Assembly: GCA_048270185.1 (NCBI GenBank)
Contig: JBLWTJ010000003.1
Span: 64,001-128,000 of the forward strand
DNA length: 64,000 nt
From: Bacteriovoracaceae bacterium
GTDB lineage: Bacteria; Bdellovibrionota; Bacteriovoracia; Bacteriovoracales; Bacteriovoracaceae
Direction: 5' to 3'
The position numbers and the translations under genes are program-made. Below the pieces are notes generated by a model. That model searched no databases, was not told the origin of the DNA, and saw only the letters and a program-made list of their open reading frames with translations. Each line of letters opens with the position of its first letter. Positions within the stretch are counted from its first letter, which is position 1. This document shows positions 30,379 to 39,634 of the stretch, piece by piece.

Positions 30379-30433
30379 CGTTCAGATATTTATTCCCTAC
30401 AAATTAAATACAACTCAATATTAGGAGAATAAA

Positions 30434-30955
30434 ATGTTTAAAAAATCACTCGTACTACTAGCTACATTACTAACTGCTTCAACTTTTGCTAACACTGACC
30501 TAGTTCTTGAAGGTGAGAGATGGCTAGCAAGTCACAAAGGTTATGTTTGTGCAGCATTTACTGATTACACAGCTGCTCCTGCATCACACGCAGATCTAAA
30601 TGTAAAATTCGAAAAACTATCAACTGACTACACTCTTGATAATATTCTTATCAAAGCAACTTTTGAAAATGTTGATGGTGTTGAGTGCTCATACTCTTCA
30701 ATCCTATTTGCAGACAATGCTGCTTCAACAATCGTACTTGTTGACTCAAGAGCCTTCTCTAAAGAAGTTGCTTCAGCTGATTGTTCAGAAGGAAAAACAA
30801 TTCTTGATGATCAACTAGCTGATAATGATTACCTATACTGGGGACACCCTCACCACGCAACAATAATGGTTCCTGCTGCAGGTGCTGCTGATATTTGTGG
30901 GGCAGGTGCAACTCATATCGGAATTGATTTTATGGTTTCAGGTAGAGTTAAATAA
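30434..30955 (+). CDS. Secreted four-cysteine protein with an HPHH cluster, paralogue of 4232..4735
   Basis: Signal peptide; RBS AGGAG; GYVC, YTAAP, GVECSY blocks. Confidence 0.8.
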   Translation: MFKKSLVLLATLLTASTFANTDLVLEGERWLASHKGYVCAAFTDYTAAPASHADLNVKFEKLSTDYTLDNILIKATFENVDGVECSYSSILFADNAASTIVLVDSRAFSKEVASADCSEGKTILDDQLADNDYLYWGHPHHATIMVPAAGAADICGAGATHIGIDFMVSGRVK

Positions 30956-30979
30956 TTTTACCAAATCCTTGATATAAAG

Positions 30980-31008
30980 GCAGGACCGTCAAACGTCCTG
31001 CTTTTTTT
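30980..31008 (+). terminator. Intrinsic terminator inside the siderophore locus
   Basis: GCAGGAC-loop-GTCCTGC followed by T7. Confidence 0.75.
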
Positions 31009-31025
31009 GTTTTAGGCACTTTGTA

Positions 31026-32291
31026 ATGATGAGAAAGATTCTAAAAATTCACCGTATACTTGGACTATTCTTGGCCTTGAATTTTCTATTATTAGGCCTT
31101 ACTGGTGTAGTTCTTATTTGGCGTCATGAGCTTTCGGATAGACCACTCTCTATACAACAAGGCCAATTCGTTTCTGAGAAATCATCTCTTGTGAAAATTG
31201 AAAACTATCTAGCTTCAGAGTTTTCAAATAAGAAAATTCTTTCAATTTTTAAAGGAGATGATGAAGATCTTCATGCCCGTGTTACAGATCTTGGTGTTGT
31301 GAAGTTTAAAGGTGCAACACGTCTACGCTTTGATCTCTCTGGTGAAGTCTTAGAGAAACAATTAATTAAGAAAGACTCACTACTTGATACAATCCTTAAA
31401 CTTCATAGAGAACTCCTATTTGGTGGTAAGGGAAAAATATTAGTTGGTATCCTTGGTGTCTTCTTTTTATTCGCGCTTATCACTGGTGCTGTTATTGCAG
31501 GAAAGTTCTATCGCAATGTTAAAAAGATGAATAATCGAATTCTTCAAGGAAGAATACATAAGATTATTGGAGTTAAAACGTTCACTTGGTTGTTCATTGT
31601 GACTTTCACGGGGGCCATGCTTGCCTTTAATAGCACATTAATTGGGTTGTTCTTAAGAGAGAATGTTCGTTCCCAAAATTCATTTGGTAATGTTGTCGAA
31701 AATGCTAAGTATATTAAAGCTTCTCAGGTCTTTGAAATTCTTCATGAGAAATTACCAGAGCTTGAGTATGACTTTATTTCATTTCCAGATAATGAATTTT
31801 CTGTGCCAAATCACTTTGTTGTTCTTATGGAGAGTGAGACAAGTCACAAGATTGCCTATATCAATGCCATTAGTGGTGAGTTTGTAAAACTTGTTTCTCT
31901 GCCTTGGTATTTAGAACTACTTATTCTTTCTGAGCCTCTTCATTTCGGTGATTATGGAGGAGTTATATTAAAAATTATCTGGTCGATCCTTGGCCTACTT
32001 GCATCCTTTATTCCACTAAGTGGATTAATTATTTTTGGATATCGTAAGAAATTTTTAAATACTAATGAAACAAAAGATAATGGGGAGAGTCTTAGAGATT
32101 TTAATATCGATCTTGTCGAGACTTTTATTCCAGCTATTTTTATCTTTGCCATTTTCCTTATAGAGGATGGATATAAAGCTATATTAAGTGGTTTATTCTT
32201 TATTTTCTTAGTATATTCGTGGCGTAATTTTCTCGGTTTCTTAGTTTCGCCTTTCAGAATTGGTACTAAGAAAGCGAGGATTCATGAATAA
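31026..32291 (+). CDS. PepSY-associated TM helix protein (FoxB-like ferrisiderophore utilisation)
   Basis: KIHRILGL...LTG, KLHRELL, RIHKIIG...FTG, PLHFGDYGG. Confidence 0.85.
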   Translation: MMRKILKIHRILGLFLALNFLLLGLTGVVLIWRHELSDRPLSIQQGQFVSEKSSLVKIENYLASEFSNKKILSIFKGDDEDLHARVTDLGVVKFKGATRLRFDLSGEVLEKQLIKKDSLLDTILKLHRELLFGGKGKILVGILGVFFLFALITGAVIAGKFYRNVKKMNNRILQGRIHKIIGVKTFTWLFIVTFTGAMLAFNSTLIGLFLRENVRSQNSFGNVVENAKYIKASQVFEILHEKLPELEYDFISFPDNEFSVPNHFVVLMESETSHKIAYINAISGEFVKLVSLPWYLELLILSEPLHFGDYGGVILKIIWSILGLLASFIPLSGLIIFGYRKKFLNTNETKDNGESLRDFNIDLVETFIPAIFIFAIFLIEDGYKAILSGLFFIFLVYSWRNFLGFLVSPFRIGTKKARIHE

Positions 32292-33438
32292 ATTCTCTAA
32301 AGCAATCTCGCTACTATGCTTGTTCTTTGGTGCTTCCCAAATGATATTACTAGGGCTCATTCCAAAAGTTGCGAGTGTCACTTTACTTCCTATTTCAACA
32401 GTTTTGATTATTTATGGTTTATCGATTTTTATCTTCCTCTTTATGACTAGATTTTGGAGTCACAGGTTTTCATGCATAAGACCATCTTGGATTTATCGAA
32501 TTGGGTTATGGGGAATCTTTAGCTCTTTTGTATTTCTTCTTGCTGCGTTTACTGTTCAAGATCCAAAAGCCGCCATTATTTTCTTTATCCTAGCTCGTCT
32601 TACTCATGCGTCAACTGCTAGTTCAATTATGCCATTTTCTCAGACGGTCAAAATTGAAACTCGCCATGGAGTGCATCAAGGAGTCTTAGATACGACGATT
32701 TTTCTCAATATTGGGCGACTTCTAGGTCTTGCTATTGGAGGCTTCTTTTCTTTTAATTCAATCACAAGCCTTCTTGTTTTAATGGGAATGATTATTTTGA
32801 GTGCTCTACTTAGGTATGAAAGTAGTGAGGTTAAAATGAATCTTAGTGCCAATGAAGATATGTTGCCACAGGGTATCGGTGCATATTTTCTAATACCACT
32901 TTGTTTCACAATTATTGTTTCGTTCTTTCATGCTTCAATTGTTGATATTATCTCAAACCTTGTTGATGGTGTTACGAAGCAATCGGCCCTAATTTATTCG
33001 AGTTTAGGTGCTGCCTCAGTTGCTATTGTACTTATTCAATTAGTTTTGAAGAAGCTAGACCTTATGAATTCACCAATAACAATCATGTTGGGTTCACTAA
33101 GTTATATTACAAGTTTTGTGGCATTTATCAATATATCTAATGTCGCAATGCTTGGGGTGTTCCTAATTCTATTTTCAATCGGTGTTGCGATTCTTCCTAT
33201 CTCATACATGGGCCATTTTTACTTTAGGTTCAATATGATCGCTAAACAAATTATTGCTGGGAAAATTAGTTTTTATCAAACACTTGGAAATGCTCTTGGT
33301 GCGCTAGTCGCAGGTCTTATTATTAAGGCACAAATTCAAAACTATATTCTTTTCATATTCATTATTCTTGTTTTGATAGGCACGACGGTTGTTGTTAATA
33401 ACATCAGTGAAAAAAATAATGAGGTTGTGCATGAATAA
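32284..33438 (+). CDS. MFS transporter (ShiF-like, siderophore associated); start 32284
   Basis: About 12 TM segments; ILARLTH; position directly before iucA. Confidence 0.7.
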   Translation: MNKFSKAISLLCLFFGASQMILLGLIPKVASVTLLPISTVLIIYGLSIFIFLFMTRFWSHRFSCIRPSWIYRIGLWGIFSSFVFLLAAFTVQDPKAAIIFFILARLTHASTASSIMPFSQTVKIETRHGVHQGVLDTTIFLNIGRLLGLAIGGFFSFNSITSLLVLMGMIILSALLRYESSEVKMNLSANEDMLPQGIGAYFLIPLCFTIIVSFFHASIVDIISNLVDGVTKQSALIYSSLGAASVAIVLIQLVLKKLDLMNSPITIMLGSLSYITSFVAFINISNVAMLGVFLILFSIGVAILPISYMGHFYFRFNMIAKQIIAGKISFYQTLGNALGALVAGLIIKAQIQNYILFIFIILVLIGTTVVVNNISEKNNEVVHE

Positions 33439-35641
33439 GGCAAATCGATATAGTTTAAAACCATTGCTAAATTCTTTTATTAGAGATTTTGGTAATGAAT
33501 TCGATCTTCAAATAACAAATAAAAGCTTAGTTATAAATATTGGTTCTTCTTTATTAAAATTTGGAATTGAAAAGTATTCTGCCCTAGGTTCACATTATTA
33601 TAATGGTGAAATTTCTTTTAATGGTGTAGATATTTCTTTTGAAGAATCACTTAAAAAACTAACTTCCTTGTTTAGTGAATGTGATGAAACATTTATTCCA
33701 AATATTATTAATTCCAGAGATAATATAGCGCTAATTTTAGCACAACATAATGAGCAGACTCTTAAAATAGATGACTATTTATCGAGCGAACAATTACTAC
33801 TTCTAGGACATCCATTTCATCCATACCCAAAGTGTAAGCTTGGAATGACTGTAGAAGATATGAGAAGCTATGCTCCAGAATTTCAAAACTCATTCAAATT
33901 GGTTTGGCTTAGTACAAATCTGAAAATGCTTTTTAGTGAATGCGATAAATCTGAACTTCAAGAGAAGCTTTTATCAGTCGCTGAATATGATTTGGCCGAG
34001 ATTAATGCGAATATGACTTATATTCCAATGCATCCATGGCAGTGGAATAATCTAAGAGAACGTGAAGATATTAAGCTCCTTCTTAGTCGTGAGACGATTC
34101 TAGAAATTGGAGAGGGAAGAAATGATTGGTACGCTCTTTCATCTCTTCGATCTATCTATAGTAAAGGAGCACCTTTTCAGCTTAAGTTCTCAATGGACGT
34201 GAAACTGACAAATTCTATTCGTCATCTAACTCCAATGGAAGCTATTCGCGGTAAACAAATGGAGACTGTCTTTACAAATGAAGGCGTGGCAAGCTTTAAT
34301 GATAAGTTTAAGATTTTAAATGAGGCATATTACGCTGCTCTTCTCGATAGCGAAGGTAATGAAATCATTGAATCGACTTTTCAACTAAGAGAGTCCTTTG
34401 ATAACAAAGACTGCTTACTACTTGCGAGTCTTGCTGAAATAAACCCATATACAGGTTCAACTCATCTAAGAGAAAGTATTGAAAATTCTGTCGAAATTAA
34501 TAAGCATCTAGCTCGTAAGAATTGGTTTGATGCCTTTTTAAAAAATGTTATTGGGCCTTTTCTTGACCTCGCAGACGAATACGGTGTTCTTCTTGGCGCC
34601 CACATGCAAAATATCATCCTAAAGATGGAAGATGGCCTGCCTATAGGAGTTATCTACCGCGATACACAAGGTACAGGCTTTACGTTAAAGGGCCTTGAGC
34701 AATACGGTGATAAGTATGATTTTATCAAAGATAGTAAGGGCAATATATTAGATCAAAATGATGTTAATAAAGTCTATACATACTATTTAATTATTAACTC
34801 CGTTTTCAATACGATCTGCGCTCTAGCAGATGGAAATTCGAAAGATGAAATTTATCATCTTTCACAATTTAGAAATTATATTTATTCAAGAAGAGATCAT
34901 TCAAGCTTCATTCATTACTTACTTGAAAGTGAAACATATTTTCAAAAAGGTAATTTCAGATGTTGTGTGACAAATATTAATGAAAATACAGTCGCTAATC
35001 CTTGGAATATCTATAACAAAATTGATAATCCAATTGTTAAGTACCTAAGAAGGCCACGTCAGTATGATGGTATTCTGTACGAAACAAGAACGGCCTCTGG
35101 TCATGATCTTCGTCTTCGTGCCCTTAATTTAGAAAGTGATATGGAAGTCTTTCACAAGTGGCACAATAAACCATTTGTTTATGAGTTCTGGGAAATGAAT
35201 AAACCTCTTAATGAGCTTCGTGGGTATGTTGAAGGCCTAAAGAAATCTCCTTACCAACTTCCAATAATTGTTGATATCGATGGAGAACAAGCGGGTTATT
35301 TTGAGGTTTACTGGGCCTATGATGATCGAATTGCTCCATATTGTAATGCTTCTTTATATGATCGTGGTATTCATATTCTTATTGGAGAAGAAAAGTATCT
35401 TAGAACGAAGGCCGTACTAGAATCAATCTATCATTTAACAAAATTCTTATTTGAAGATGAAAGTCGAACTCAAAAAGTTTGGGGTGAGCCTCGTGAAGAT
35501 AATAAGAAGGTTTTAAAGATCGCTGAGTATTTACCCGGTTGGAGTCATGTTGGTGTCTTTGACTTTCCTCATAAGAGATCAAATCTTTTAGAAGCGGAGC
35601 GCACGAGATTTTACGCAGAGGTAGGTGACAATGAATACTAG
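33431..35641 (+). CDS. iucA: IucA-type NIS synthetase fused to a C-terminal IucB/AlcB-type N-hydroxy-amine acyltransferase; start 33431
   Basis: SEQLLLLGHPFHPYPK, PMHPWQ, SSLRS, KLTNSIR, AHMQN, YRD; C-terminal GYFEVYWA.DD, DRGIH, GEP..DN, FDFPHKR. Confidence 0.88.
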   Translation: MNKANRYSLKPLLNSFIRDFGNEFDLQITNKSLVINIGSSLLKFGIEKYSALGSHYYNGEISFNGVDISFEESLKKLTSLFSECDETFIPNIINSRDNIALILAQHNEQTLKIDDYLSSEQLLLLGHPFHPYPKCKLGMTVEDMRSYAPEFQNSFKLVWLSTNLKMLFSECDKSELQEKLLSVAEYDLAEINANMTYIPMHPWQWNNLREREDIKLLLSRETILEIGEGRNDWYALSSLRSIYSKGAPFQLKFSMDVKLTNSIRHLTPMEAIRGKQMETVFTNEGVASFNDKFKILNEAYYAALLDSEGNEIIESTFQLRESFDNKDCLLLASLAEINPYTGSTHLRESIENSVEINKHLARKNWFDAFLKNVIGPFLDLADEYGVLLGAHMQNIILKMEDGLPIGVIYRDTQGTGFTLKGLEQYGDKYDFIKDSKGNILDQNDVNKVYTYYLIINSVFNTICALADGNSKDEIYHLSQFRNYIYSRRDHSSFIHYLLESETYFQKGNFRCCVTNINENTVANPWNIYNKIDNPIVKYLRRPRQYDGILYETRTASGHDLRLRALNLESDMEVFHKWHNKPFVYEFWEMNKPLNELRGYVEGLKKSPYQLPIIVDIDGEQAGYFEVYWAYDDRIAPYCNASLYDRGIHILIGEEKYLRTKAVLESIYHLTKFLFEDESRTQKVWGEPREDNKKVLKIAEYLPGWSHVGVFDFPHKRSNLLEAERTRFYAEVGDNEY

Positions 35642-37382
35642 GGCCATCTTCTTTAATAAACATAAAAGCTTAATTATTAAGGCCATTGAAGAACTTCAAT
35701 TTGAAGAGCTTTTTACTATTGAAGAGATTAATGGTTCCTATAAGCTTAGATGTAGTGATGAGATTTCATATATATTTGATGGACGAATTAGTGTTTGGGG
35801 AAACCTGCAAATCCAAGCTGTAAGCTTTAAGAAGATTGTTAGTGGGGAAGAAGTTTTCGAGTACACTTTGGCCGATTTCTTCTACGAGACGCAAGATTTG
35901 ACAAAAATGACAGATGAAACGCTTGCACAATTCATTGAAGAAGGTAATCAGACAATATGTGGTGATATGCTTCAACACCAATCTCTTCTAGATTTAAACC
36001 TTTCTGAGATTTCAGGGCTTAACTTTAAAAAAGTTGATCAAATTCTTACGGGACACCCTAAGATCATAATGAATAAGGGCCGTATTGGTTGGGGCAAGGA
36101 TGAGCTAGAGAAGTATGCTCCTGAGGCCAGACAAAGTTATAAGCTCCACTGGTGCGCTATTAAGAAAGACTGTCTTGATTTTGGCCTTGATCTAAGTAAG
36201 CTATCTTTTACTGATATTCTAAAGGACTCTTTAAGTGATAGTGAAATTGTCTACGCTAAGAATATTATTGCTAAGGCAGGTGAAAATTTTGAAGACTATC
36301 TAATCGTGCCAATTCATCCCTGGCAGTGGAGTAAGTACATAAGTATACAATTTGCTGCTTTAATATATCGTCGTTCAATAATTTCAATAGGACGAATCGG
36401 TAATGATTACACTCCACAGGTATCAATTCGTACACTGTCGTCATGTTGTAATAAGAGCAAATACGATGTGAAATTGGCCATTTCAATCCTTAATACCTCT
36501 AGTGTGAGAGGAATTCCTCAAAAGTATATTAAGAATGGGTATCTGCTAAGTGAGAAGATTGAGCAAGTTATTATACAAGATGATTTACTCTCACAAAAAG
36601 TTGGAGTCCTAAAAGAGGTTGCAGCTGTTAGTTGTCCGGCGCCAGAGTTTAATCGTATTACAGGTGGTTCATATCGCTATAAAGAATTACTTGGTTGTGT
36701 ATGGCGAGAGAATGTTGAAGCTAAAATAGATGAAGATGAAATTGCAGTTCCAACGGCGGCCCTCTTACTAACAAAAAATAACGAGTCGCTAATCGGAAAG
36801 TATATTGAACAATCAAAGCTTTCAATTGAGCAGTGGTTAAAAGAATATTTTAAAGCTGTAGTGATTCCACTTTATCACTTACAGGCCGAGCATGGGTTAG
36901 GACTTGTGGCCCATGGACAAAATACAATTTTAGTTCTGAGAGAGGGGATCCCTCAGAAATTAATTATAAAAGACTTTCATGGTGATTTTAGAATAACGAC
37001 AGATTCAAAACACCTTGATGTTGATTTTGGAGTCGAACTCGATCAGTTACCTCCAGAGTATTTAATCCATGATCTTATCACTGGTCATTTTATTACTCTC
37101 TTGCGCTACCTATCTCGAGTTGTTGAAGAAACTCTAAGCTTTAAAGAAGTCGACTTTTATCACTTGATGGGAGAAGTGGTAGAAGCCTACGAAGAAGAAC
37201 ATATTGTTAATCCAAAGATTAGCTTACTTCGAAAAGACTTTGAAAAGGTCTTGGTAAATTCTGTGCGTTTTCAAGCTGGTTACAGTGAAACAGGGCAAAG
37301 ACTTAAACCAATGCTTGGAAGAAATATTAAAAACCCATTACTGTCGAATCAAACTAGAGGAAAAAATGCAAAATACTTATGA
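35631..37382 (+). CDS. iucC: IucC-type NIS siderophore synthetase
   Basis: GHPKIIMNKGRIGW, YAPE, PIHPWQW, SIRT, LNTSSVRG, WRE, AHGQN, KDFHGD. Confidence 0.9.
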   Translation: MNTRAIFFNKHKSLIIKAIEELQFEELFTIEEINGSYKLRCSDEISYIFDGRISVWGNLQIQAVSFKKIVSGEEVFEYTLADFFYETQDLTKMTDETLAQFIEEGNQTICGDMLQHQSLLDLNLSEISGLNFKKVDQILTGHPKIIMNKGRIGWGKDELEKYAPEARQSYKLHWCAIKKDCLDFGLDLSKLSFTDILKDSLSDSEIVYAKNIIAKAGENFEDYLIVPIHPWQWSKYISIQFAALIYRRSIISIGRIGNDYTPQVSIRTLSSCCNKSKYDVKLAISILNTSSVRGIPQKYIKNGYLLSEKIEQVIIQDDLLSQKVGVLKEVAAVSCPAPEFNRITGGSYRYKELLGCVWRENVEAKIDEDEIAVPTAALLLTKNNESLIGKYIEQSKLSIEQWLKEYFKAVVIPLYHLQAEHGLGLVAHGQNTILVLREGIPQKLIIKDFHGDFRITTDSKHLDVDFGVELDQLPPEYLIHDLITGHFITLLRYLSRVVEETLSFKEVDFYHLMGEVVEAYEEEHIVNPKISLLRKDFEKVLVNSVRFQAGYSETGQRLKPMLGRNIKNPLLSNQTRGKNAKYL

Positions 37383-38637
37383 TATCGTTGGGATCGGATT
37401 GGGGCCTTTTAACCTAAGCTTAGCTGCTTTATTAAACCCTATAAGTTCTGTTAAAAAGAAATTCTTAGATAATAAACCTGAATTTAGTTGGCACCCTGAG
37501 CTTATGTTTGGTGATGCGATGATGCAAACTTCATTTCTAAAAGATCTAGTTACACCTGTGGACCCAAAGAGTTCTTTTAGTTTCTTAAATTACTTAGTTG
37601 AAAATGGACAATTCTATCACTTCTTAAATACTGACCGTAAGGCGATTAATCGCTATGAGTTTCAAGACTATTGTAAGTGGGTATCAAAACAACTCGGCAA
37701 GGATATCAACTTTAATTCAAGAGTAATTGATGTCAAACATGACGGTGAAAAATTTGAAGTTATAAAAGAAGATGGTAGCTACTTTACAAAGAATCTCTGT
37801 GTTGCTTCAGGGCCGACAAAGAATATCCCTGATTGTGCTGAAGATTATCTTTCAAATACATTATTTCATGCAAAATCTAAGTATATGAAGAATTTAGATC
37901 TTACTGGAAAACGCGTCGTTGTCATCGGTGGGGGACAAACTGGTGTTGAAACTTTTAGAAATGCGTTAAACGGTATGTGGGGAAGAGTTGAAAATGTAAA
38001 ACTTCTTTCTGGAAGACATAATCTTCAACCTCTTGATGAAGCTCCATTTACAAATGAAGTTTTCACTCCGGATTTCGTTCTAAACTTCCACTCACTTCCT
38101 CAAGAGCAGAAAGACTCTTATACACAAAGTCAACTTCTTGCAAGTGATGGGAACACTCCTCAGTACCTACAGGAGATGTATAACGAGTTATATCTCGATC
38201 GTTTCTATCTTAAGAAACTTCCTGAGTATACAATTGCTCCGATGCGTTGGTTACAAGCAGTTGAAAAACAAGATGAAGTTTACCAACTATCAATTGAAAA
38301 TCTTTTAAATAAAGATATTGAAAAGATCGAAGCAGACGTTGTTATTCTTGCTACTGGTTTTAAAAGTGTATTACCAAGCTTCCTCGATGGATTAAGTGAA
38401 AATATTGCTAAGGATGCACAAGGGCGAATCGTGGTTAACCAAGACTATAGCCTACAGACAAATATCACAAATGGAAAAATCTATACAATGAACTTTAGCC
38501 GTCATGGGCACGGGATTGCAGACCCTCAAACGAGTCTTATGTCTTGGCGTTCGGCCATGATTGCTAATGATCTCATTGGTACCACACAATATACAACAAT
38601 GAATTCTGGAGAAAGCTTTTTAAGCTTCTTTAACTAA
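37366..38637 (+). CDS. iucD: L-lysine N6-monooxygenase (IucD/SidA family); start 37366
   Basis: GIGLGPFNLSLAAL, FSWHP, MQTSFLKDLVT, GGGQTG, ILATG, HGIADP. Confidence 0.92.
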   Translation: MQNTYDIVGIGLGPFNLSLAALLNPISSVKKKFLDNKPEFSWHPELMFGDAMMQTSFLKDLVTPVDPKSSFSFLNYLVENGQFYHFLNTDRKAINRYEFQDYCKWVSKQLGKDINFNSRVIDVKHDGEKFEVIKEDGSYFTKNLCVASGPTKNIPDCAEDYLSNTLFHAKSKYMKNLDLTGKRVVVIGGGQTGVETFRNALNGMWGRVENVKLLSGRHNLQPLDEAPFTNEVFTPDFVLNFHSLPQEQKDSYTQSQLLASDGNTPQYLQEMYNELYLDRFYLKKLPEYTIAPMRWLQAVEKQDEVYQLSIENLLNKDIEKIEADVVILATGFKSVLPSFLDGLSENIAKDAQGRIVVNQDYSLQTNITNGKIYTMNFSRHGHGIADPQTSLMSWRSAMIANDLIGTTQYTTMNSGESFLSFFN

Positions 38638-38658
38638 AACAGAGTAAACGGAGAGAAA

Positions 38659-39600
38659 ATGAAACTAGTAATTTTGATGCTTATTTCTTCTCTGACATTT
38701 GCAGCGACAGATAAAGCAGCAAAGTCCCAAGGAGAAGTTAAAAACAAATCATTTAACACAAAAGAAGAAGTTCTTGATAACCCAACTTTAAAGACTCTAT
38801 CAGGCTCTTTAAAAAGATGGTCTTTCTATTCTTCATTTAAGTACAATGCTGGAGCACTTGATAATCTAAATGACGCTGAAAGACCGAATATCAGAAATGC
38901 AGGGAATACAACTTCACTTACAAATTTTACAGGAAACCTTGGGGTTAAGTATCGTCTGTCTAAGTCAGATAACTTATCTCTACAAGTTGGGCTCGAGAAG
39001 AAAGCACCTTTTCACGATAATGTTGATTCAGATAATACAACAGTTCAATATGAGCTTGATACTTATGGAGATAGTTTAAATATAGATAACCCGGTTCTAA
39101 GTTACTTTAAAACATACTATCTTGCAGGAATTCAAAACGTAACATTTCTTCAATATCAATATGCGACTTGGGACTATTACCAAGATTTAGGGATTAATTC
39201 AGTCTTTAATTTAAGTCATTCTCTTGCGTATAAAGTATGGAAAGCTGCTTATGTTGCTGTTTCTGCAAATGCGACACAGTACTTCTATGATAAGAATACC
39301 ATCTCATATAATGGGTTTGAGATTGCTGGACGTGATAGACAGGTTAATCGTTCTTTCTCATTTAGTTTAGCAGGGGAGCTATACTTCTCTCGCTCACTGT
39401 CTCTTAGGATGATCACTGACCTATACACGGCCGATCATTACAGAAGTGATCGAATTAAAGAAAAAGTATTACAACAAACAGTTGCTATGACTTACTTCTT
39501 TACACGTGATATTTCGATTGCACCAAATATTCGTTTTATTGCAGAAGATATCAGAGCTGAGCGTACAAATGTAGGTCTTACAATGAATGTAAACCTATAG
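38659..39600 (+). CDS. Outer-membrane beta-barrel protein of unknown function, last gene of the siderophore operon
   Basis: Signal peptide; amphipathic strands; 313 aa, too short for a TonB-dependent receptor; paralogue of 29145..30041. Confidence 0.7.
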   Translation: MKLVILMLISSLTFAATDKAAKSQGEVKNKSFNTKEEVLDNPTLKTLSGSLKRWSFYSSFKYNAGALDNLNDAERPNIRNAGNTTSLTNFTGNLGVKYRLSKSDNLSLQVGLEKKAPFHDNVDSDNTTVQYELDTYGDSLNIDNPVLSYFKTYYLAGIQNVTFLQYQYATWDYYQDLGINSVFNLSHSLAYKVWKAAYVAVSANATQYFYDKNTISYNGFEIAGRDRQVNRSFSFSLAGELYFSRSLSLRMITDLYTADHYRSDRIKEKVLQQTVAMTYFFTRDISIAPNIRFIAEDIRAERTNVGLTMNVNL

Positions 39601-39607
39601 AAAATAT

Positions 39608-39633
39608 AAAGGCCTCATTTAAGAGGCCTTTTT
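39608..39633. terminator. Bidirectional intrinsic terminator
   Basis: AAAGGCCTC-ATTTAA-GAGGCCTTT-TT between convergent genes. Confidence 0.8.
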
Positions 39634-39634
39634 A

